Source: Promethearchaeota archaeon | GTDB taxonomy: Archaea; Asgardarchaeota; Lokiarchaeia; Sigyniarchaeales; SOKP01 | Length of the DNA: 64,000 bases | Reading direction: 5' to 3' | Assembly (NCBI GenBank): GCA_048939995.1 | Contig: JBHLOY010000003.1 | Location: forward strand, 160,001-224,000 | In this document: positions 9,265 through 19,220 of the stretch, piece after piece | Layout of the letters: each line of letters opens with the position of its first letter | Position numbering within the stretch: position 1 is the first letter of the stretch | Translations under genes and position numbers: made by a program | Notes under the pieces: generated by a model | Told to the model about the DNA's origin: nothing | What the model saw: the letters and a program-made list of their open reading frames with translations, nothing else | Database searches by the model: none

Positions 9265-9711
9265 ATGTCAGAACGAGATTATGATTATGGAGTTTGTGGA
9301 GTTTTTTGTGAGATGTGTCCAACTGGAACTGGAAAAATTGCAAATTTAGCAAAAGAACTTTTAAGAATGATAGAAGGTTCATATAGTTGGGCAAAGGACT
9401 CCGTTGATTTTAGTTTTGATGATTTATATAAGGGACTTAGATGGCTGTCCAAGGATAGTTGTCCTACTTGCCAGAAAATTAAAGATCCATGGTGCGAAGT
9501 ATTAAAGTGTGAAAGAGCTAAAGAATTAAAAAGCTGTTTATTGTGTGATGTTTTTCTTTCATGTCAAAAAACTTCATATCATCGTGATAGATATCCATTT
9601 GTAATAGATCATTATCATAGAGTTAAAGAAGTAGGATTAGAAAAACATTTAGAAGAAGAAAGGGAAAGAACAAGAAAGGGGATAACTCTTATTGACATAA
9701 GAAAATGGTAA
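9265..9711 (+). CDS. Cys-rich DUF3795-like protein
   Basis: CGVFCEMC, CPTC, C.V.KC and CLLC...C pattern. Confidence 0.65.
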   Translation: MSERDYDYGVCGVFCEMCPTGTGKIANLAKELLRMIEGSYSWAKDSVDFSFDDLYKGLRWLSKDSCPTCQKIKDPWCEVLKCERAKELKSCLLCDVFLSCQKTSYHRDRYPFVIDHYHRVKEVGLEKHLEEERERTRKGITLIDIRKW

Positions 9712-9787
9712 GGGTCATCGTATATCTCTTGCTTTAAAAAATTAAATATTCTATAAACAATTTATTTGAAGTAATCCTAATTTAAGT

Positions 9788-11218
9788 ATGATGCCTATGG
9801 CGTTTATAACTAAAAAAATAACTAAAACAACATTTGGTATTATTGTTGGAAATAGAGATGTTTTCCCTGATCACCTCGCAAAAGAAGGAAGAGAACAAAT
9901 TATTGAAGTAATGAAGGAAATGGGCTATGATTATATTATCCTAAATGAAGAAGATACTCATTATGGTGTTGTGGAGACATATGAAGATGCAAAAAAGTGT
10001 GCTGAATTATTTAAAAAAAATCGTGATTCTATATCAGGGATTATCTTATGTATGCCAAACTTTTCAGATGAAAAAGGTTTTGTATCAGCATTAAAACTTG
10101 CAAATTTTAATGTTCCTATCTTAGTTCAAGCTTCTTCTGATGAAATTGATAAAATGGATAGAATTCATCGACGAGATGCTTTTTGCGGAAAAATATCAGT
10201 ATGTAGCGTTTTATATCAGCATGGAATTCGTTTTTCTTTGACAAGTTCACATACTTGCCCTATAAAGTCTGAGGAGTTTAAAAATGATATTACACGATTT
10301 GAAAAAGTTTGCAGAATAGTGAAAAACCTCAAAGGAGCCAGATTTGGTCAAATTGGCACTAGGCCGAATGCTTTTGAAACTGTGAGATATAGCGAAAAAA
10401 TTTTAGAGTTTAATGGAATTACAATTGAACCTATTGATTTATCTGAAATATTTGGAGAAATAAGTAGATTGGATAATAATGATCCTAAAGTAAAAGATAA
10501 GATGCAAGCTATCAAGAATTATACTCCAACTAGAGTTTTTCCAGAGAATAGTATTCTAAAATTAGCAAAACTAGCTGTAGTCGTAGAGAAGTGGGTATTA
10601 GAAAATGAATTAGATGGTATAGCAATACAATGCTGGAGTTCAATGCAAGATAATTTTGGAATTGTACCTTGCGCCATCATGAGTATGTTTAGCGATGAAT
10701 TAATACCAGCTGCTTGTGAAGTTGATATTGCAGGATTAATCGGGATGTATATATTACAATTGGCTTCAGATTCCCCTTCAGCAATTTTGGATTGGAACAA
10801 TAATTATGGAGAGGATCCAAACAAGATGGTTCTTTTTCATTGTAGTAACCTTCCTAAATCATTTTTTGAAGATATTAGAATGACAGTTCATCCGATAATT
10901 GGAGACGATAAGCCTGATTCGAGCTATGGTGCAATCCAAGGAAGGATCAAGATGAAACCATGTACTCTTTTAAGAATAGAGACAGATGACATGTATGGAG
11001 ACATTAAAGCATTGCTAGTAGAGGGGGATTATCTCGATGATCCCTTGGAGACCTATGGGGGTTTTGGAGTTATTAAGATTCAAAATTTACAGAATATTCT
11101 TAAAACTTTATGTAGAGAAGGATTCGCTCATCATGTTGCAACGACCTTAAATAAAGTAGCAGAAATCGTCAACGAAGCTCTTGATCATTATTTGGGATGG
11201 AACATTATACGATATTAA
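9788..11218 (+). CDS. L-fucose/L-arabinose isomerase family protein
   Basis: RDAFCGKIS, QCW, ACEVD, LFHC and GFAHH motifs. Confidence 0.85.
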   Translation: MMPMAFITKKITKTTFGIIVGNRDVFPDHLAKEGREQIIEVMKEMGYDYIILNEEDTHYGVVETYEDAKKCAELFKKNRDSISGIILCMPNFSDEKGFVSALKLANFNVPILVQASSDEIDKMDRIHRRDAFCGKISVCSVLYQHGIRFSLTSSHTCPIKSEEFKNDITRFEKVCRIVKNLKGARFGQIGTRPNAFETVRYSEKILEFNGITIEPIDLSEIFGEISRLDNNDPKVKDKMQAIKNYTPTRVFPENSILKLAKLAVVVEKWVLENELDGIAIQCWSSMQDNFGIVPCAIMSMFSDELIPAACEVDIAGLIGMYILQLASDSPSAILDWNNNYGEDPNKMVLFHCSNLPKSFFEDIRMTVHPIIGDDKPDSSYGAIQGRIKMKPCTLLRIETDDMYGDIKALLVEGDYLDDPLETYGGFGVIKIQNLQNILKTLCREGFAHHVATTLNKVAEIVNEALDHYLGWNIIRY

Positions 11219-11228
11219 TATATTTAGC

Positions 11229-12326
11229 TTATCTTATCATTTTAATTTCAAGTTCTTTTTGAAAGAATCCAGATTCTATAAGTTTTTTCTTTTCTTCTGT
11301 CAGTTCTGTTAGAATTTGAAAAGGGAACTTTTTACTTTTATCATTTTCCTTAGACTCTAACAATCGTTTTCTCGATAAATATATTGAATAAGATGAAATA
11401 TCAGATCCAATCCATCTCCTTTTCAATCGTTCAGCAGCTAAAAGCGTTGTTCCCGAACCACAAAAAAAATCCGCAATTAGATCTTGTTCATTACTACCTA
11501 ACTTAATAATTTTTTCAATTAAATCATGATGTTTTTGTGTAGGAAAGCCTGTCCATTCTTTTGAGGCCGGTTGTAAGCACGGGATTCTCCAAACATCATC
11601 CAATTTTTTATCTTTTACAATCCTATAAACTACATGTCCATTTTCATCCTTTACATTTTTCAATACTCCATTAATCATTTCTCTCTTTAATTGCTTTATT
11701 GGTGTTTGCCTTGGTATCCTGATTTCATTAAGAATATAATTGGAAGATTTACCATAAACTAAAATATTATCATGAGCCCGAGGTAAATTTTTCTTCCCTG
11801 CGGAATATTTATTGTAATAATACCAGATTACATCATTTACAAATCTGTTTTGGCCAAAAACCTCATCTAATAGAATTTTGACATAATGAGCTGCATGCCA
11901 ATCTAAGTGGATAAATATTAAACCATCAGGAGATAATAATTTTTTCATTAAAATTAATCTATCATAAAGCATCTGTAAATAGGAATCTAAACCGTTTTGC
12001 CAGTAATCACTATATATAGTATCTTCATAAATTTCTTCCTTGTCTTTGATTTCTATTTGATAATTATTACCAGAAAAAAAAGGGGGATCAATGTAAATTA
12101 ATTTTATTTTTTCCTCCCAATCTTCCAATAAATAAACCAAAATCTCTAAATTATCTCCCCAAAATAACTTATTTTTCCAATATGAATTGTCGTTATTAAT
12201 TTCGGCAGATATATTAAAATCTTTATCGCTAAAGTCTAAGATTTCATATCTTTTATAATATAAGTTTTTTGAATTATCTAGATCTTTAGAAATATCTGAT
12301 TTACCTTTCCAAATTAAGCTAACCAT
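11229..12326 (-). CDS. Solitary beta-class N6/N4 DNA methyltransferase (Mod-like)
   Basis: IYIDPPF precedes FPTQK and DFFCGSGTT; no adjacent restriction subunit. Confidence 0.9.
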   Translation of the reverse strand: MVSLIWKGKSDISKDLDNSKNLYYKRYEILDFSDKDFNISAEINNDNSYWKNKLFWGDNLEILVYLLEDWEEKIKLIYIDPPFFSGNNYQIEIKDKEEIYEDTIYSDYWQNGLDSYLQMLYDRLILMKKLLSPDGLIFIHLDWHAAHYVKILLDEVFGQNRFVNDVIWYYYNKYSAGKKNLPRAHDNILVYGKSSNYILNEIRIPRQTPIKQLKREMINGVLKNVKDENGHVVYRIVKDKKLDDVWRIPCLQPASKEWTGFPTQKHHDLIEKIIKLGSNEQDLIADFFCGSGTTLLAAERLKRRWIGSDISSYSIYLSRKRLLESKENDKSKKFPFQILTELTEEKKKLIESGFFQKELEIKMIR

Positions 12327-12406
12327 AACTCTTTCAAATCAAAATTGTAATTTTCCTATTTAACTATAGATTAACTGATTATAATAAATTTCAGAAAAAT
12401 CTATAA

Positions 12407-13696
12407 TTAATAAATAGATAAATTAAAAATTAAAATCGTAAAAATCGTGAATGTAATTAAGATACTGATTGTCAATATTTGATAAATTAATAAATGGACT
12501 GTAAAATTTCTTTTATTTTTACTTTCATGCAAATTTTTACGAGCATAAAATATTTTATTAATTATTGCAGCTGATAAACCAATTGATAACATTATTAATG
12601 CATTCGCTACATTAATTAAGGAGATACTATAGGTAGTTACAACGAATAGAGATGATGCCCCTCCTGATAAGAAACCTATAACAAATGAAATTATGTAATA
12701 CCAATAATAAGTTAAAGGTGGTAGATATGTTGCGTATGCCTCTAAACCGAGAGTTATTAAGATAGCTAGTAGATATGTCCCAGTGAAAATCAAAGCCCCT
12801 TTAATTGATAATGGGTTTTTTACCTTTAAAAGGGTTAAACCTACTTTCTTTTTCCTTAGAATTAAAAAAGCACCAAATAAACCTATGATTGTCGTGATCG
12901 TTATCGGAATTAATGCATAGTAGAATAAACTAAAAGCTCCAATCGCTACTATTAATAACATTCGCAATAGCATTGTCTGAATAACAAGCCAAATTGATGA
13001 TGAAGGGGCACCATTTTCTGCTAATTCAACAGTGGTTGCTTCACTATGAGCAAATCCTCCCAAAAATGATATATAATAAAGATTGTTTCTTGTTGAACTT
13101 TTTAAAAGAAAATAACTGAAGTACTTTATAGCTAAAATAGTTATAAAAATAATTATTATTGCGCGAATATTAATCCCTACAATTTGGATGTTTTCTGGAA
13201 TCAATATAAACAAAAGGATTACAATAGCTAAAAATTCGACAGTTCCTGTCCATTCTATTTGCTTCAATTCTCTTATCTTTTCAAATTCTTTTTTAGTTGA
13301 TAAAATTACTAAAAAAACTACGGAAATTGCAATAGCAAGATATGGCATATAATAACTCAAAATTCCCACCACTATCGCTAAAAGCATCGACATTGTAGAA
13401 GTATAACCCGGTTCTTGAGTATGAAAAAGGCGATAAACACTCCCAATAGAAAGGAATATGATCATCGCACCAAAAATTAAAAATATTATTATTCGAGCAA
13501 GGTCAATAAGGAAATTTTCATACAAAATTATTAATACTGTTGATAATATGGCATATGCGATATGATCTCTCGCTCCAAATAACTTTCTTGCCCTTGTCCT
13601 TTCAATTCCAATAAGAAAACCACAAAAAGTTGAAATTATAATTACTAAAAGAAACTCATAAAATTGCGCTTCAATAGTCGTAATTTGCACTAACAT
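12407..13696 (-). CDS. MgtC/SapB-DUF4010 family membrane protein
   Basis: GFLIGIER...FGARD and LGGFAHSEATT motifs; polytopic. Confidence 0.8.
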   Translation of the reverse strand: MLVQITTIEAQFYEFLLVIIISTFCGFLIGIERTRARKLFGARDHIAYAILSTVLIILYENFLIDLARIIIFLIFGAMIIFLSIGSVYRLFHTQEPGYTSTMSMLLAIVVGILSYYMPYLAIAISVVFLVILSTKKEFEKIRELKQIEWTGTVEFLAIVILLFILIPENIQIVGINIRAIIIIFITILAIKYFSYFLLKSSTRNNLYYISFLGGFAHSEATTVELAENGAPSSSIWLVIQTMLLRMLLIVAIGAFSLFYYALIPITITTIIGLFGAFLILRKKKVGLTLLKVKNPLSIKGALIFTGTYLLAILITLGLEAYATYLPPLTYYWYYIISFVIGFLSGGASSLFVVTTYSISLINVANALIMLSIGLSAAIINKIFYARKNLHESKNKRNFTVHLLIYQILTISILITFTIFTILIFNLSIY

Positions 13697-13800
13697 ATTG
13701 TTAATTTATTAAAGTGAGAATGTAAAATAAATAATTACCCTAAAAATTAAAAATGAGAAACTTAAAGATTAACGATATAAGAAAATAAGAAATTAGAAAA

Positions 13801-14502
13801 CTATTTGTTCAGATTCTTCTCTATAATATCTTCTAACTCTTTATCAGAAAGAAAACCTTTATGAGCCATAAACTCTTTAATCTCTTCAATAACTTGTGGT
13901 GCTCCCTTAGCCTCGGTTATATAATCTTCAAGTGATTTTATCTTTAGATTCAATGCTTCGACCTCTTTCTCTTTTGATAATACTTCATTTTTGCTTTTTA
14001 CGATTTCTTCTTCTTTATCTTGAATGATTTTATTTAAATCATCTTTTAGGCTTTCAATTTCAATATATTTATCCGAAATTGTTTGTTGTAGATCTTTCTT
14101 CACACTTTCAAGTTCTCTCTCTCTTTGTTCCATATCTTCTTGTAAATTTTTCATCTTTGGCTCCAAATCTTTTAATACATCCAATTCAGACAATTTTTTT
14201 TCCAAATCAGATTTATTAGATTTAAGTGATGTTACTTCTTTATCAAGTCTTTCTTTATCTTCTTTAAGACTCTCCACTTCTTCAGTTTTTTCGGTTAAAC
14301 TTTTTTCTCTTCCAGTTAATTTTCCTTTAGTTTCATTTAATTCATTTATTGTTCTATCTAATTTATCTGTTTTTAACTTTAACTTTTGTTCTAAATCATT
14401 TATTTTCGTTCTTAGGTCTAATAAGAACTTCCCTTCGACCTTATGCGCCTTTTCAGGTCTTTCTGAAACACGATCCCAGTTTATTGACAATCTTCTTAAC
14501 AC
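13801..14502 (-). CDS. Long coiled-coil protein, paralog A
   Basis: Heptad-rich E/K/L core; shares I(N/D)W..PEK..KVEG..LLDLR, KLTGREKSL and HKGFLSDKELE with its neighbour. Confidence 0.8.
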   Translation of the reverse strand: MLRRLSINWDRVSERPEKAHKVEGKFLLDLRTKINDLEQKLKLKTDKLDRTINELNETKGKLTGREKSLTEKTEEVESLKEDKERLDKEVTSLKSNKSDLEKKLSELDVLKDLEPKMKNLQEDMEQRERELESVKKDLQQTISDKYIEIESLKDDLNKIIQDKEEEIVKSKNEVLSKEKEVEALNLKIKSLEDYITEAKGAPQVIEEIKEFMAHKGFLSDKELEDIIEKNLNK

Positions 14503-14644
14503 CTACTATTTTTTGATTTGTTTATGATTATTTTACTTTAAATTATATAATTAAGTTTACAATATAATATATATATTTTTTCAAGCTTTCTATTTAATCT
14601 ATATTAGAATTTAAAACTTGTTTATTTGATTTTTATAATATTTA

Positions 14645-15319
14645 TTAATCAAATTCATTTATTATTTTCTCAAGTTCCTTATCCGAAAGAAAACCCTTAT
14701 GGATCATTGTTTCTCGAATTTTTTTAAGAACTTTTGGAGAACTTTCAACTTCAGATAATTGTCCTTCGAATTTTTTTACTTTTTCAATTAGCATATTATT
14801 TTCTTTTTGGTTATTGTTCAATTGCTCCTTAAGGCGATCTATTTCAGTATTCCTATTCTGCAGGTCTTTTTTGTGACTTTCAATCATTTTTTCTTTGAAA
14901 CTAATAGCTTGTTCCAATTCAGATACTTTTTCATTAGAAGATTTCAATTCCTGCTCCATTTGAGTTAATTTAGCTCCCTCTTCTGAGAGTTTCTTTTCTA
15001 ATTCCGCAATTTTAGGCTTCATTTTTGTAACTTCAATGTCTACATTCAACTTCTGCTCTGCAATGTCATCTAAATTCTTTTTAGCAGAAGAGAACTTCTC
15101 TGTTATTTTAACTAAACTTTTCTCTCTCCCCGTCAACTTTTTTTGAGTATCCCTTAACTCTGCCTTAACTTTTCGTAATTCTTCTTTATTATAGGATAAA
15201 TCATGTTCCAATTGAATAACTTTAGCTCTAAGATCTAATAGAACCCTTCCTTCAACCTTTTGACTCTTTTCAGGATGTTCCTCAGCTTTCGTCCAGTCAA
15301 TTTGATCCAATTGATTCAC
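14645..15319 (-). CDS. Long coiled-coil protein, paralog B
   Basis: Same three conserved blocks as 13801..14502. Confidence 0.8.
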   Translation of the reverse strand: MNQLDQIDWTKAEEHPEKSQKVEGRVLLDLRAKVIQLEHDLSYNKEELRKVKAELRDTQKKLTGREKSLVKITEKFSSAKKNLDDIAEQKLNVDIEVTKMKPKIAELEKKLSEEGAKLTQMEQELKSSNEKVSELEQAISFKEKMIESHKKDLQNRNTEIDRLKEQLNNNQKENNMLIEKVKKFEGQLSEVESSPKVLKKIRETMIHKGFLSDKELEKIINEFD

Positions 15320-15520
15320 TCAATAATTATAGTTTTTTTGTATTAAAATTCTTGAATAAGAATTATAATTATGCTCTCATTCTTATTAATTCACACTAAA
15401 TAATATATATTCTACATAAAATTAATTATTTATAAAAGTAATTTATTTTAACTCATTCTTTATTGATAGTTTTAGATAAGTAGTTAAATACTCCCATAGG
15501 AATTAAAGTTTTAAGTAAAT

Positions 15521-16324
15521 ATGGTTAAAATCTCTATAGGTACAGCAGGATGGGATTATAAGGGATGGAAAGGTACTTTTTATCCTAAAAAACTAGATAA
15601 ACAGCACTATTTAAATTTTTATTCTAATTATTTTAATGTTATTGAAATTAATTCAACTTTCTATAACCTCCCTTCAAAAATTATGGTGAATAACTGGCTA
15701 AGTAAAGTACCGGACAACTTCCGTTTTATTATTAAAGTTTGGCAAGAAATTACCCATAATTTAGAAGGTAATCTTAACGAGCGCTTATATCAATTTTTTG
15801 AAAGATTCAGGCCATTAAAGAAAAAGATATTTGGGTTCCTTTTTCAATTTCCACCGAGTTTCATATATTCTAAAAGACATCATGATAAGTTGCTAAGTTT
15901 AACTAGTCAACTTCCCTTGGACTTAGAGATTAGATATATCATAGAACTACGAGATGATAGTTGGTTTAACCCTAATAATCTTGCTGATATTATCGATGGT
16001 AATAGGATCATCCTTGGTACTACTTATCAACCAGGTATAAAACCATATTACTTCCAAAATCAAAGATATTATTATATAAGACTTATCGGAGATCGTGAAT
16101 TAACTACTTTTGGACGAATTCAAAGAGAACAACGAGATTCTTTAGATGATTTATTCAAAAGCATTAATATCTTACAAAAATCCAATCAAATATATGAAAT
16201 CTTCATTATTGTTAATAATCACTTCCAAGGGATGGCACCTCAATCTGCGAATCTTATAAAGGAACAATTGAATTTACCAATTAAATACTTTAATCAACAG
16301 AAAAGTTTGGAAGATTATATTTAA
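15521..16324 (+). CDS. DUF72 (YecE-like) TIM-barrel protein
   Basis: IGTAGW.Y..W...FYP, EINSTFY, LFQFPPSF, ELR..SW and VNNH motifs. Confidence 0.92.
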   Translation: MVKISIGTAGWDYKGWKGTFYPKKLDKQHYLNFYSNYFNVIEINSTFYNLPSKIMVNNWLSKVPDNFRFIIKVWQEITHNLEGNLNERLYQFFERFRPLKKKIFGFLFQFPPSFIYSKRHHDKLLSLTSQLPLDLEIRYIIELRDDSWFNPNNLADIIDGNRIILGTTYQPGIKPYYFQNQRYYYIRLIGDRELTTFGRIQREQRDSLDDLFKSINILQKSNQIYEIFIIVNNHFQGMAPQSANLIKEQLNLPIKYFNQQKSLEDYI

Positions 16325-16354
16325 AAATAATATCTGTCAAAAAAATAGAAAGAG

Positions 16355-17038
16355 TTATAAAAGGTTTGGGATTGAAACTCCGAATCCCCAGAGTGCAATT
16401 CCTTGAGCAAAACAGAAAACCATGATTATAAATGCTATTGGTGGCCAAGATAAAATCTTTGAGATCCATTGAAATATTCCAATAAAAAACTTAGCTGTAA
16501 TTGCAACTAATGCGGTTACTATTATGAAAACAATAAATAGAAGTAATTTAGGATTAATCCAATAAGCAATATTTTCCTCTATTCCTGGAGGGATTAATGA
16601 GGCTAAAATAAAAACTGATGCGCTACCTGCTATAAGTGCTAAAATACTTGACAGGGGTAAATCTTTTATAGGTTTAAAAAACATTCCGATCCCAAGTATT
16701 ATTAGAAAGATGCATGTAAAATGATTTGCTCCTGTTCCTAAATACCTAAAACTCGGGGGAATATCAAGAATCAGTCCCCAAGCTCCAGCCCAAATATCCA
16801 TTATACCTACAGCTAGCCCAAGATAGGATAATACTCGTAAGAATTTTGATATATCGACTTTTTCACCTTCTTCAAGCTTTCTTTTAGTGAATGACCCTCT
16901 TCGTTTTCTTTCATATCCTAACCAAGTTAATGCAATAAAACCACTAATGAAAACCATAACACCAGCAGATTGACCTACCCATTCAAAAAATGATTGTAAA
17001 TATATCCAATAATCAGTTTGAAATATCACTCTATTCAC
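16355..17038 (-). CDS. Hypothetical membrane protein
   Basis: 227-aa ORF with about 6 hydrophobic segments. Confidence 0.7.
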   Translation of the reverse strand: MNRVIFQTDYWIYLQSFFEWVGQSAGVMVFISGFIALTWLGYERKRRGSFTKRKLEEGEKVDISKFLRVLSYLGLAVGIMDIWAGAWGLILDIPPSFRYLGTGANHFTCIFLIILGIGMFFKPIKDLPLSSILALIAGSASVFILASLIPPGIEENIAYWINPKLLLFIVFIIVTALVAITAKFFIGIFQWISKILSWPPIAFIIMVFCFAQGIALWGFGVSIPNLL

Positions 17039-17162
17039 GTATTAAGAAAATTAAGTTAAATATTAGATCGTGTATCTGTTTAAATATTTATGTTTAGGAT
17101 AAGCTTTTTAAAAAGCATTACTAATTAAAAAATTTTAAATTAGTCAAGTCTATCTTTTTTTT

Positions 17163-18419
17163 ATGGAATTTATCGAAAATTTAAAGAAGCTGGGATTAAA
17201 GGAAAATAGGAGATATTTATTTCTTGTAATTTGGCTTTTAATTGATGTTATTCTTATTCAAATTCCCATTCAAATAACTATCCAAATCGAATCAATCCAA
17301 GTAGAATTGTGGGATCTTATTGGAGTTATTTTATTTTTACCGTTCCTAACTTTTTTAATATTTCTATACTTGTTATCTTTATTTTACAAAAAAGATGTAA
17401 AAGAGATACCCTCTTGGAAAGTATTATTAATATTTATAATTACATTACCCTTAATGTCAGTCATCGCAGTTATTTTGGTTGTCTTATTTGCTTTTTCTAT
17501 ATTTAGCTATTTTTTTTTCTCATCATGGTTCATACTTTATGGAGCTTATTTGATTGCAAAAAATATAGATAACAGATTAAAGAGACATAAATATCGAAAG
17601 ATAACTCGTGGTTTAACATTTTCTTCAGGCACGTTATTTTCCTTGTTTCTATTGGTAATTTTTTTTGTACCTGCATTAGGCATTCTCGATATAATCTATA
17701 CCTTTATTCCCGAATTATCCCTTTATCCTGGTTTAAATTTGGGTGTTAGAGTTTTATTTATAATTGTAGGGTTAACAATTATTGCTTTTGCATTTTTAAG
17801 CCTTGTTTTTTTATCTCGAAAGATTTTCAACGCATGGATTGGCATATTTTCAGTATTAGTGGTTGTTTATACTTATTATTTTGTAGTAAAATTATTTATA
17901 GCTGTTAATAGTGTAGGAAGTGGAGGATCCTCACCCATTTTTACCCAAATTATAATGATATTTCTAGATGTTTTTATCATTTTGTATTCAATAAGTACCT
18001 TAATGGGTTCTCAAGCTGAATTATTAAGTAGAAAATTTAAAATGAAACGATTTGGGCTAGACACAATTCTAATCTGGTTGTTATTTTCAAAAGTAGCTTA
18101 TGAATTCATCCACTTTTTTCCATATGAATGGTTACAAGGATTGCCATATATAGAATCTATGACGTTTTTAAATGAAGCAATCATAAACCTCTTGCGGAAT
18201 GTATTTGTTATTATCTTTTTTATGTCTATTTTGGTAATTCTAGGATTATACGAAATTAAGAAATATAACACAAATGAAAAGAAATTCATGCATAAAATCG
18301 ATGAAGAGGTTAGAAAGACTTTGAGCCTTGAACAAGAAATGAAATACTACACAGAGCAATCAGAAAAAAAATTTATAGCTCCAGATGACGACGAAGAAAA
18401 ATCAAATCAGAATATTTAA
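17163..18419 (+). CDS. Hypothetical polytopic membrane protein
   Basis: 418-aa ORF with about 10 TM segments and a charged tail. Confidence 0.75.
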   Translation: MEFIENLKKLGLKENRRYLFLVIWLLIDVILIQIPIQITIQIESIQVELWDLIGVILFLPFLTFLIFLYLLSLFYKKDVKEIPSWKVLLIFIITLPLMSVIAVILVVLFAFSIFSYFFFSSWFILYGAYLIAKNIDNRLKRHKYRKITRGLTFSSGTLFSLFLLVIFFVPALGILDIIYTFIPELSLYPGLNLGVRVLFIIVGLTIIAFAFLSLVFLSRKIFNAWIGIFSVLVVVYTYYFVVKLFIAVNSVGSGGSSPIFTQIIMIFLDVFIILYSISTLMGSQAELLSRKFKMKRFGLDTILIWLLFSKVAYEFIHFFPYEWLQGLPYIESMTFLNEAIINLLRNVFVIIFFMSILVILGLYEIKKYNTNEKKFMHKIDEEVRKTLSLEQEMKYYTEQSEKKFIAPDDDEEKSNQNI

Positions 18420-18503
18420 ATTATTATTTTAAATCCATAAATTCATTTTATTTAGAAATTAGAAATTCAAATGGGATTAATGCTTTAATAATTAGTTTTA
18501 TTA

Positions 18504-19076
18504 ATGAATCTTTCAGAAATTATAATACTTATATTAAAGGTAGAAAACCAATTGAGTAGTACTGACGATCTTATTGGTAAGGAATTGTTTTTGGAAAAGT
18601 TTGAAAAACTGTCTCTTAAGGTGGAACAACTTACTGAAGAGATAACAAAATTAAAGAATAAATTAGATAAAGCGAATTTAATTAATAGATCTTTTGGTTT
18701 AAGTTCGATCAGAAATTCTCAATCCTTGAGTTTTGCCAAAGATGTGATAGGGATTGGAAGCCCATCTAAAAGGTATATTTTATCTATTAGAGCTATTACA
18801 GAAGAATGGAAAGATCGAAAAAATGATATTTTTTTAGTAATACGCCAACAAGACAAAGAAACACATATGGATATAAAAGCATTAGGGGTAAGAATACCTC
18901 TTGATGATACTAAAAATATTGAATTACTTGCTAAACAAGTGCTTTCACTTCTATTTATATCATGTGAATTAAAAAGTTTAGAACTCAATGAGATTCTAAG
19001 AGATATTTTTTCGCAAGTTAATCGAGAAGGAACGAAATTAGTCCAAGAAATTAAGGAAAAAATGATTCTTCATTAA
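18504..19076 (+). CDS. Hypothetical protein (coiled coil plus possible PC4/whirly-like domain)
   Basis: 190-aa ORF; leucine heptads followed by a beta-rich segment EWKD..IFLVIR..LGVRIP. Confidence 0.6.
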   Translation: MNLSEIIILILKVENQLSSTDDLIGKELFLEKFEKLSLKVEQLTEEITKLKNKLDKANLINRSFGLSSIRNSQSLSFAKDVIGIGSPSKRYILSIRAITEEWKDRKNDIFLVIRQQDKETHMDIKALGVRIPLDDTKNIELLAKQVLSLLFISCELKSLELNEILRDIFSQVNREGTKLVQEIKEKMILH

Positions 19077-19220
19077 ATGAAATATTTTTCTTGTACATAT
19101 CCCTATAATATGTATAGTTGTGAAACTTAAATTTCACGATCTCTAGGACACTCCATCATTGTAAATTAATTTTTTTATAAAACCTAATGACTAAATTTAA
19201 ATTCACTGCAAGATAAGTTA

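Noticed and set aside
14024-14527. 167-aa Ser/Leu/Phe-rich plus-strand ORF
   Set aside because: Antisense shadow of the E/K-rich coiled-coil gene
19094-19137. Inverted repeats TACATAT/ATATGTA and GTGAAA-N6-TTTCAC upstream of the LuxE-like gene
   Set aside because: Short and AT-rich; I did not see them recur elsewhere, so they cannot be distinguished from chance
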